In this document: in pieces, positions 8,985 to 16,869 of the stretch
Layout: every line of letters begins with the position of its first letter
Numbering within the stretch: position 1 is the stretch's first letter
From: Candidatus Latescibacterota bacterium
GTDB taxonomy: Bacteria > Latescibacterota > UBA2968
NCBI GenBank assembly: GCA_038279365.1
Contig: JAYODI010000081.1
Span: 1,409-25,778, forward strand
Direction of reading: 5' to 3'
Length of the DNA: 24,370 nt
The notes under the pieces: model-generated
What the model saw: only the letters and a program-made list of their open reading frames with translations
Told to the model about the DNA's origin: nothing
Databases searched by the model: none
Made by a program: the position numbers and the translations under genes

Positions 8985-9911
8985 ATGGCAAAGCTAACAA
9001 TACAAGGTGATCGTTTTTTAATGAATGGACAGCCTTTCGATATGTGGGGCCTTCGAGCGGCCAGTGGTACCATGCATCAAAAACAAACGGATCATTTGAT
9101 AGCACAATTAGACGATTATTTGGCGTATGGTATTCAGGCCGTAACGGTGTTTTACATGGGCTGTAGTGGCGGGTGGTACGATCCGTTTTCCAGTGACGGC
9201 AAAACACTCGACACCGGCCACCAAGAACGAATGCGTCAAATTGCACAGGCTTGTGACGTGCGTGGGATGGTTTTGATTGTGGGCATTTTTTATCAGCGTG
9301 CACCATTTGGTTTAAAAGATAAAAATGCAGTGGTTGAAGCGGTGCGTGTGGCCACTCGGTCGGTAGAGGGGTTTGAGAATGTGATTATAAACATTGCCAA
9401 CGAACAGAATTCAAAAAATTGGGAAAAGCATGCGGACATGTTCGACTTTCGTGACCCAGAAAGCATTGTGGAATTGTGTGAGGTGGTGCACAAAACGGAT
9501 CGCAATCGGTTGGTGGGTGGTGGGGGATATGATCATGATAAGAATATCATCATTGGGCAATCAGACGCAGTAGATGTGTTGTTGTTTGATACGTGCAACA
9601 TTGAAGACTCTGGCGTGTTGTGTGATCGATTTGTTTCACACGGGGTGGTGAATAAACCGCTTGTGAATGTGGAGTTGTTTGGGGCGTGGACAAAGACCGA
9701 TGTGGTGGGTGTTTTTCCCGATGAGAAAAAAGCCGCGTATTTGCGTGAAGTGGATGTGGCTGCCGATAGAAAAAATTTGTCTGTGTTTTTTCATTCCAAC
9801 TCGTGGTGCCAAGATGAAGGCAATCGGTATGATTTGGCGGGGTCGGGAACCGCGCATGAGCCAGGTATTCGGTGGTATTTTGAGCATGTGAAGAAGGTGC
9901 GTGGTATATAG
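8985..9911 (+). CDS. Hypothetical protein, putative clan-A-like TIM-barrel glycoside hydrolase
   Basis: 308 aa. N-terminal LTIQGDRFLMNGQPF, candidate acid/base motif NIANE and candidate nucleophile motif PLVNVE. No signal peptide. Confidence 0.55.
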   Translation: MAKLTIQGDRFLMNGQPFDMWGLRAASGTMHQKQTDHLIAQLDDYLAYGIQAVTVFYMGCSGGWYDPFSSDGKTLDTGHQERMRQIAQACDVRGMVLIVGIFYQRAPFGLKDKNAVVEAVRVATRSVEGFENVIINIANEQNSKNWEKHADMFDFRDPESIVELCEVVHKTDRNRLVGGGGYDHDKNIIIGQSDAVDVLLFDTCNIEDSGVLCDRFVSHGVVNKPLVNVELFGAWTKTDVVGVFPDEKKAAYLREVDVAADRKNLSVFFHSNSWCQDEGNRYDLAGSGTAHEPGIRWYFEHVKKVRGI

Positions 9912-9929
9912 GCGACAGGAGAGTTTATA

Positions 9930-11189
9930 ATGGCGGAACGCATTGTTGCAAAGTATTTGATGGAGACGGCATTTCCAATTGAACAAGTCGCAGATGTGGT
10001 AGGTGGCGAACAGTCTTCGGGCACGTTTGTCCAAGTGCCCGGTGAAACGGCCGATTTGCGCGAACGGTTTCGGGCACGGGTAGAAAAAATAGATGTGTTG
10101 GAAAAGGTTTCTGAACCAAGTTTGCCTGGTGGGGGGATTCCCAAAGGGGGCAAAAAAGAATACACACGTGCTGAAGTGACGCTGTCTTTTTCACTTGAAA
10201 ATATGGGTGTGAATTTGCCCACGCTCATAGCAACTGTTGCTGGCAATTTGTTTGAGTTGCGCGATGTGTCGGGGCTAAAGCTGTTGGATTTTGACGTGCC
10301 TCAAGCTTTTGCAGAGCGCTATGTGGGGCCACAATTTGGAATTGCTGGCACGCGCAACCTGGCAGGGGTTTTTGATCGTCCCATTATCGGTACTATTGTG
10401 AAGCCGAGTGTGGGGCTGACACCCCAAGCAACGGCCGATTTGACAGGTGAATTGGCACAGGCGGGCATTGATTTTATTAAAGACGATGAACTGATGGCCG
10501 ACCCGCCTCATTCGCCACTCAAAGAACGTGTGGAAAAGGTAATGGCGGTGATCAATCAGGCAGCTGATCGCACGGGCAAGAAGGTGATGTTTGCCTTTAA
10601 TATTACCGATGAATTAGATGCGATGTTGGCACACCACGATACGGTTTTAAAAGCTGGGGGCACGTGTGTGATGGTGAGTCTCAACAGTGTGGGGGCGCCT
10701 GGGGTGGCTTATTTGCGCAAACATTCTCAGTTGCCCATTCACGGGCATCGCAATGGATGGGGCATGTTGACACGGCACCCGATGTTGGGAATCGGTTTTT
10801 CTGCATATCAAAAAATTTGGCGTTTGGCTGGGGTCGATCACATTCATGTCAATGGTTTGCGAAATAAATTTTGGGAGCCCGACGATTCGGTGGTGCAATC
10901 GATAGAGGCGTGTTTTAAGCCTTTTTTAGGCGGATATGAGGTGATGCCTGTGATTTCTTCAGGGCAATCGGTTGGGCAAGCCCCCGATACGTTTAAACGC
11001 GCCAAAGGCGTAGATGTGATGTATTTGGCCGGGGGGGGGATTATGGCGCATCCGGGTGGACCTGCATCGGGCATGAAGGCATTGAGCCAAGCGTGGGAAG
11101 CTGCGGTGAAAGGGATCGATTTGCAAACCTATGCAAAAGAACATGTTGAATTGGCCCAAGCAATTGAAAAGTTTGGCAATTTGTCTTAA
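9930..11189 (+). CDS. RuBisCO-like protein (form IV), 3-oxo-isoapionate-4-phosphate transcarboxylase/decarboxylase type (OiaT/OiaX-like)
   Basis: GEQSSGTF, GTIVKPSVGL, carbamylation motif GIDFIKDDE, HGHRNG, SSGQ, GGGIMAHP. No rbcS or prk in the window; oiaK and apnO are in the same cluster. AGGAG RBS. Confidence 0.9.
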   Translation: MAERIVAKYLMETAFPIEQVADVVGGEQSSGTFVQVPGETADLRERFRARVEKIDVLEKVSEPSLPGGGIPKGGKKEYTRAEVTLSFSLENMGVNLPTLIATVAGNLFELRDVSGLKLLDFDVPQAFAERYVGPQFGIAGTRNLAGVFDRPIIGTIVKPSVGLTPQATADLTGELAQAGIDFIKDDELMADPPHSPLKERVEKVMAVINQAADRTGKKVMFAFNITDELDAMLAHHDTVLKAGGTCVMVSLNSVGAPGVAYLRKHSQLPIHGHRNGWGMLTRHPMLGIGFSAYQKIWRLAGVDHIHVNGLRNKFWEPDDSVVQSIEACFKPFLGGYEVMPVISSGQSVGQAPDTFKRAKGVDVMYLAGGGIMAHPGGPASGMKALSQAWEAAVKGIDLQTYAKEHVELAQAIEKFGNLS

Positions 11190-11201
11190 GGGAGACAAGC
11201 A

Positions 11202-12815
11202 ATGGAAGAAATGGAAGAAACGGAAGCGCACAATGGCAGTGGGCCCGATGTGAGAAAATGGGGGCGTATTGAGATTACGTTTGAAAGTTCAGAGGTATAT
11301 CAAAACCCCATTCAAGATGTGGCATTGCAGGTACTTTTTACGTCGCCTTCAGGTGCTGCAACCCATGTGATGGGGTTTTGGGATGGCAGTACGCGTTTTC
11401 GCGCACGTTTTAGTCCTGAGGAAGAAGGGCTGTGGACATATGTGACGTTTTGTTCGGATATGGACAATGGGGGGTTGCACAATCGGGAGGGTGATTTTGT
11501 GTGTGGCCCTGCCGATACGATTACCGAATTTGATGAACATGGGCCCATTCGTTTGTCGGGTGATCACAGCCATTTTATTCATGCCGATCAAAAGCCGTTT
11601 TTTTGGTTGGCCGATACGGCCTGGAATGGCTGTCTGCTTTCGAGCAAAGATGAGTGGCGTTATTATTTAAGCGAGCGTGTGCGCCAAGGGTTTACGGCTG
11701 TGCAATGGGTGGCCACGCCGTGGCGATCTGCTCCTACAGACAGAGAAGGTCAAAAGGCGTTTGAAGGTGTGGAAAAGATTAAGATCAATCCACGTTTTTT
11801 TCAGCGTTTAGACGAGTGGTTGGAAATGACGTATGACGTGGGGTTGCTCAATGCCCCCGTTTTGCTTTGGACACACCACGGGGGCAAGCACCCCGAAATG
11901 AACCCCGGTGTGGGGTTGCCTGAAGATCAGTTGATTTTGTTGGCCGAATATATGGTGGCGCGTTGGGCGTGTTATCCGGTGGTATGGATTTTGGGTGGTG
12001 ATGGCAAGTATGATGGGGAGTTGGCTGAGCGATGGAAAAAGGTTGGCAGTACGGTTTTTGGTCGCGGGTTACACGCTCCTGTTGCCATGCATGTGGTGGG
12101 GCAGAGTTTTCCCGTTGAAGAATTTCGCAACGAAAGTTGGATGGATATTTTGGGTTATCAAAGTGGGCATGGAGATAATGACAAGACGTTGCAATGGATT
12201 GTGACCGGCCCACCTGCCGAAGATTGGAAAAAGAGGCCTCGCCAGTTTTATATGAATATGGAACCTGCTTATGAAAATCATGTGGCCTATCATTCCAAAA
12301 AGCCACACGATGCGGCGTCTGTTCGAATGGCCATTTATTGGAGTTTGCTCAATGCGCCAACTGCTGGGGTCACGTATGGTGGGCATGGGGTGTGGGGTTG
12401 GGATGATGGCAAGTCTGCGCCGATGGATCACCCCAGTTCGGGCACGCCCTTACCGTGGCGCGATGCGCTAATTATGGAAGGCGCAGAGCAAATGCGTCAT
12501 TTGCGAGATGCCTTTGAAACGGTCGATTGGTGGCAACTGCGTCCAGCGCCAGAGCTTTTGGCCGAGCAACCAGGTGAAGAAGATGTGCATGACCACATTC
12601 TTATTTCTAAATCGGATGCCAATAACTGGGTGGTTGCCTATACGCCTCAAGGCAAGGCCGTGAAGGTGAAGATGGCGGGGTTGCCTGAGCGTTTGGGGGC
12701 GGTGTGGTACAACCCACGCACAGGTGAACCCGAAGCGGCCATTCACCAAATGGATGGCGATGTGCGGGTTTATGAAACGCCGGATGAGTACGATTGGTTG
12801 TTGGTGATGGCTTAA
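11202..12815 (+). CDS. DUF5060/DUF4038 protein, GH140-like apiosidase with C-terminal beta domain
   Basis: N-terminal GFWDG..F.ARFSP..EG.W.Y, then PFFWLADTAW, WILGGD, QSGHG, EPAYE, GVTYGGHGVW and C-terminal WYNPRTG. Confidence 0.8.
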   Translation: MEEMEETEAHNGSGPDVRKWGRIEITFESSEVYQNPIQDVALQVLFTSPSGAATHVMGFWDGSTRFRARFSPEEEGLWTYVTFCSDMDNGGLHNREGDFVCGPADTITEFDEHGPIRLSGDHSHFIHADQKPFFWLADTAWNGCLLSSKDEWRYYLSERVRQGFTAVQWVATPWRSAPTDREGQKAFEGVEKIKINPRFFQRLDEWLEMTYDVGLLNAPVLLWTHHGGKHPEMNPGVGLPEDQLILLAEYMVARWACYPVVWILGGDGKYDGELAERWKKVGSTVFGRGLHAPVAMHVVGQSFPVEEFRNESWMDILGYQSGHGDNDKTLQWIVTGPPAEDWKKRPRQFYMNMEPAYENHVAYHSKKPHDAASVRMAIYWSLLNAPTAGVTYGGHGVWGWDDGKSAPMDHPSSGTPLPWRDALIMEGAEQMRHLRDAFETVDWWQLRPAPELLAEQPGEEDVHDHILISKSDANNWVVAYTPQGKAVKVKMAGLPERLGAVWYNPRTGEPEAAIHQMDGDVRVYETPDEYDWLLVMA

Positions 12816-12833
12816 ATACTGCAAGGAGTTGTG

Positions 12834-13784
12834 ATGAACGTTGTATATCTCGAACCTGTTCCTGAAGATGTTGAAGCCATTGTTCGGGAATGTTTACCAA
12901 GCGATTTGTTTTTGCGTGTTTTAAAGGCAGGTGAAAAACCTGAGGATGTGGTGGCCGATGCAGATTTTTTGTTGGTGGCCACCACAAAGGTGACCGAGGG
13001 GGTGTTGGCCAAGGCCACAAAGCTTAAGCACATCCAACACCAAGGCGTGGGGTATAACAATATTGATTTGGTTGCGTCCAAAGCCAAAGGCATCTCAATA
13101 GGTTTGACACCAGAAGGTACAAGCATTCCGGTGGCTGAACATGTTTTTTTGCAGATTTTAAGTTTGTATCGCAAACTGTTTGAGGCGCGTCAATCATTGC
13201 GCGATGGCAAATGGTTGCAGTGGGAATTGCGTCCTTATTCATACGATTTGGTGGGCAAAACGGTTGGCATTGTTGGCTTGGGGCGCATTGGACGCGAGTT
13301 GGCTGTGCGTTTGCGTGCGTTTGGATGTGAGGTGTTTTATACCGATGCCCAACGTATTTCTGAAGTGGATGAACTTGATTTGGGTGTGGTGTTTACTGAG
13401 TTGGATGATTTGTTGCAACGCTCAGATATCGTGAGTTTGCATGTGCCATTGTTGCCTGAAACGCGCAATTTGATTGATCAACGCGAATTGGAATTGATGA
13501 AACCCAATGCCATTTTGATCAATGCCGCGCGGGGTGGGCTAATTAATGAAGCGGCATTGGTGACGGCTTTGAATGCGGGGCAAATTGCAGGGGCAGGTTT
13601 GGATGTATTTGAACAGGAACCCCCACCCAAAGATCATCCGTTGTTGTTTATGGACAATGTGGTTGCGGTGCCTCACATTGCCGCAGGTACACGCGATGCC
13701 TATGCCACCAAAATGCGCGCAGCCTTTGCCAATATGTTGCGGGTGAAACGCGGGGAACGGCCCATAAATGAAGTGGATCTTTAA
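12834..13784 (+). CDS. D-isomer-specific 2-hydroxyacid dehydrogenase (NAD-dependent)
   Basis: GVGYNNID, VAEH, Rossmann motif GLGRIG with a downstream Asp, and catalytic Arg (NAARG), Glu (DVFEQEP) and His (PHIA). Confidence 0.92.
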   Translation: MNVVYLEPVPEDVEAIVRECLPSDLFLRVLKAGEKPEDVVADADFLLVATTKVTEGVLAKATKLKHIQHQGVGYNNIDLVASKAKGISIGLTPEGTSIPVAEHVFLQILSLYRKLFEARQSLRDGKWLQWELRPYSYDLVGKTVGIVGLGRIGRELAVRLRAFGCEVFYTDAQRISEVDELDLGVVFTELDDLLQRSDIVSLHVPLLPETRNLIDQRELELMKPNAILINAARGGLINEAALVTALNAGQIAGAGLDVFEQEPPPKDHPLLFMDNVVAVPHIAAGTRDAYATKMRAAFANMLRVKRGERPINEVDL

Positions 13785-13811
13785 GTGTTGTTTTTTTGAA
13801 TGGAGATGGAT

Positions 13812-14486
13812 ATGGCACTACCCGAAGGTTGGACGATTGTAACCAATTATGATAAACCCTCTGCCGATGTGGTGGCACAATTTAAAGGTGTAGAGACGGG
13901 GCCAGTAGGAGATGCTTTGGGGCGTTCGGCAGCAATGGATGCGGCCATTAAGCCCATTGTTGCGGGTCTAAATGTATTGGGGACAGCGGTGACGGTGAGC
14001 ACACGACCCTGTGATAATTTGGCATGTTATAAAGCGTTAGATGTGGCTGGCCCTGGCGATGTGTTGGTGATTGCGGTGCAGGGGTACCCTACCCATTCGG
14101 TGTGGGGCGATTTGACCAGTGAAATTGCCAAGACCAAAGGGCTTGCTGGCATGGTGACCGATGGTATGGTGCGCGATGTGATGGGATTAACGGAGGTGGG
14201 ATTACCTGTTTTTGCCAGAGGGTTAACACCCAACAGCCCACAAAAAGATGGCCCTGCCGAGATCAATGTGCCTGTTGTGTGTGGTGGTATTTTGGTGAAT
14301 CCGGGCGATATTGTGGTGGGGGATACCGATGGCATTGTGGTGATACCCAAAGCACGTGTCGAAGAGGTGCTTGAAAAAGTGAAAGTCATTGCAATGAAGG
14401 AGGCGGGTATTCGGGAGAGCATTCGCGCCAATGGCGGTTTGCCCGATTCGGCCATTCAGATGTTGAAGGACAAAGGGTTGATGTAG
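13812..14486 (+). CDS. RraA family / 4-hydroxy-4-methyl-2-oxoglutarate aldolase-like protein
   Basis: DAL, GTAVTV, DNL, PGDVLV, WGDL, DGMVRD, PVFARG, PGDIVVGDTDGIVVIP. Start could be 13800, 13806 or 13812; 13812 fits the GGAG spacing best. Confidence 0.88.
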   Translation: MALPEGWTIVTNYDKPSADVVAQFKGVETGPVGDALGRSAAMDAAIKPIVAGLNVLGTAVTVSTRPCDNLACYKALDVAGPGDVLVIAVQGYPTHSVWGDLTSEIAKTKGLAGMVTDGMVRDVMGLTEVGLPVFARGLTPNSPQKDGPAEINVPVVCGGILVNPGDIVVGDTDGIVVIPKARVEEVLEKVKVIAMKEAGIRESIRANGGLPDSAIQMLKDKGLM

Positions 14487-14511
14487 TCTGTTTGTGGACG
14501 GATAAAAGACA

Positions 14512-15957
14512 GTGAATGGTGATGTGATGTTTTTAGGTGATCAGGTTGTTACTAAAACAGATCTTTTGCGTGCGTTGCCACCCGAATGGGCAGAGGATGT
14601 GTCGGTTGATTTGCGTGCACGTATTCAGATGCGTCATCGCAAGTTGGTGGTGTTGGATGATGACCCAACAGGGGCACAAGCCATGCACAGTGCGCCAGTG
14701 TTAACACATTGGAATCGTGATGTGTTGCGTTTGGCATTGTTGAATGATTCGGCTTTGTTCTTTATTGTGAGCAACACGCGTGGGTTGCCTCAAGAAGAGG
14801 CGGTTGCTGTGACTGGCGAGATTGTGATGGCTGTTGCAGATGTGGCAACTGAGTGTGGCGTAGTGTTTGATGTGTTGGTGCGCGGTGATTCAACTTTGCG
14901 CGGGCATTACCCACATGAACTCAATGTGGTACGCGAGGTTTTGGGTGCAAATGGACAACGGTTTGATGGTGTGGTTTTATGCCCATTTTTTTTAGAAGGT
15001 GGGCGTCTCACAGCATTTGATGTGCAGTGGGTGACCGATGGTGAACAGCTGATTCCTGCCGGACAAACCGAATATGCTCGTGATCGAACATTTGGTTATA
15101 GCAAGTCGAATCTACGCGATTGGGTGGTTGAAAAAACGCGTGGAATGGTTTTGCGAGACAATGTGGTTTCTATTGGCTTAAATGTGATTCGCGAACAAGG
15201 TCCTCAAGGCGTTTGTAAGGTTTTGATGGATGTGCGTGATGGGCAACCCGTTGTGGTCAATGCGGTGAGTTATCGCGACTTGGAAGTGTTTGTTGCAGGT
15301 TTGTTAGATGCCGAAGATGCAGGTAAACGCTTTTTGTTTCGTACGGCGGCGTCTTTTTTAAAAGTGAGAAGTGGCCGTTTAGAGCGTGGCCTGTTGCGTG
15401 GTTCTGATTTTGGAATGTTGGAAGGGGTTGGGGGATTGGTTGTTGTAGGGTCATATATCCAAAAGTCCACGGCCCAATTGACAGAAGCGTTGGCCGTTGG
15501 GGGTGTGGTGGGGGTTGAATTACTGGTTGCAAAGGTATTAAATCGGCAAGATCGAGAACGTGAAATTTTACGCGTGACAGGTGAGATTGAACGTGCTCTT
15601 GGGTTGGATAAAGACGTGATTGTTTTTACAAGTCGCAACCAAGAGGTCGCTGGAGATTTGGCTGCTGGCAAAAAAATCGGGACGGCTTTGGTCGATGTGG
15701 TTGAGAGATTGGAAGTGCGTCCTCGGTATGTGATGGTTAAAGGTGGAAACACGGCTATTTCAATTGTGAGAGATGGTTTGCACACACAATCGGCATGGGC
15801 TTTGGGGCAAATTTTACCCGGTGTGCCTGTGTGGCAATTGGGTGTAGAAAGTCGTTTGCCCCAAGTGCCTTGTGTGGTGTTTCCTGGCAATGTAGGTGAG
15901 GCGGATAGTTTGGCGAAAGCGATCCATATTTTACGTGAGGCACGTGATGCTATATAA
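14512..15957 (+). CDS. Four-carbon acid sugar kinase family protein (DUF1537), DDDPTG subtype
   Basis: VVLDDDPTG, NTR, RGDSTLRGHY, PFFLEGGR, VGSY, KGGNT, GQILPGVP, FPGNVG. Start uncertain (GTG 14512 or ATG 14527). Confidence 0.88.
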   Translation: MNGDVMFLGDQVVTKTDLLRALPPEWAEDVSVDLRARIQMRHRKLVVLDDDPTGAQAMHSAPVLTHWNRDVLRLALLNDSALFFIVSNTRGLPQEEAVAVTGEIVMAVADVATECGVVFDVLVRGDSTLRGHYPHELNVVREVLGANGQRFDGVVLCPFFLEGGRLTAFDVQWVTDGEQLIPAGQTEYARDRTFGYSKSNLRDWVVEKTRGMVLRDNVVSIGLNVIREQGPQGVCKVLMDVRDGQPVVVNAVSYRDLEVFVAGLLDAEDAGKRFLFRTAASFLKVRSGRLERGLLRGSDFGMLEGVGGLVVVGSYIQKSTAQLTEALAVGGVVGVELLVAKVLNRQDREREILRVTGEIERALGLDKDVIVFTSRNQEVAGDLAAGKKIGTALVDVVERLEVRPRYVMVKGGNTAISIVRDGLHTQSAWALGQILPGVPVWQLGVESRLPQVPCVVFPGNVGEADSLAKAIHILREARDAI

Positions 15958-16783
15958 AAAACATACTGTGCACTATGAAGTGCTCAATCAAAAACCCGAT
16001 GGACAAGATCGATATTGCGACCTTGAGGTGCATGCTTCTGTTGAAGAATTGGAACAGTTGGCGCGGGAGGGGTATTTGGTGCGCGAAGGAATGTTTCAGG
16101 GTGAGGCATTGTGTGCATTGCAAGATGCTTTGGATCGTTTGGAAAAAAACGAGCGTGATCGCTATAATGAAAACCCTGCACAAGAGCGCTCTTGGGGGCA
16201 TATTCCGCGCCATTTGATGGACAAAGATCCGGTATTTTTGGATCTGTTGAAATGCCCACCGATTTTGTCTGTGGCGCGAGCAATGATGGGACCATTGGTG
16301 CGTTTACGAGGGTTGAGCGCACGCATCAGTTATCCGGGCCCCGTGTTACACGAAACGCCTTGGCACCAACATTTGCGGGTGGTGTCCAATCCATTGCCGA
16401 CTTGGTTCTCACGCCCCCATGCTTTGGATGCGTTGATTTATTTGGATGATTTAAACGAACAAACAGGCGCAGTAGAAATTGTGCCAGGTTCTCATGATTG
16501 GTTGGATCGTGAACCACCCAGTGGTTATGATCAATCTGTAGAGGGGGCGCTTAAAGTGTGCGTGAAGGCTGGGGGCGTGGTGATGATTCATTCCAATTTG
16601 TGGCATCGCGGGTTGCCCACATTGGGTGCAAAACGCAGGATGTTGATTTTGGGTTATACACCCACATGGTTGCGACGTTCACCGCATGGGGGGGAGCCAC
16701 CTTCTGATGGGTTGACACAAGCGGTTTTGCACGGTGATGACGAAGAAGCGCGTATTCTATTGGGCAAGGGTGGGTATACCTGA
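15947..16783 (+). CDS. PhyH-like Fe(II)/2-oxoglutarate dioxygenase-fold protein
   Basis: REGYLV, WHQH, IYLDD, GAVEIVPGSH, AGGVVMIHSNLWHRG and a downstream RR. ATG 15947 overlaps the end of the kinase gene. Confidence 0.85.
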   Translation: MLYKKHTVHYEVLNQKPDGQDRYCDLEVHASVEELEQLAREGYLVREGMFQGEALCALQDALDRLEKNERDRYNENPAQERSWGHIPRHLMDKDPVFLDLLKCPPILSVARAMMGPLVRLRGLSARISYPGPVLHETPWHQHLRVVSNPLPTWFSRPHALDALIYLDDLNEQTGAVEIVPGSHDWLDREPPSGYDQSVEGALKVCVKAGGVVMIHSNLWHRGLPTLGAKRRMLILGYTPTWLRRSPHGGEPPSDGLTQAVLHGDDEEARILLGKGGYT

Positions 16784-16869
16784 GTTCTGTTTGGTTAAAA
16801 ACTGAAAGATAAAAATTATTAAGGTGCGAAGGTTTATTGAAGACCTTCTTATTTGAAAAAGGAGTTCAT

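Noticed and set aside
9930-11189. True CO2-fixing RuBisCO / Calvin cycle
   Set aside because: Length and motifs fit form IV, there is no small subunit or phosphoribulokinase, and the context is apionate catabolism. No methionine-salvage genes are nearby either.
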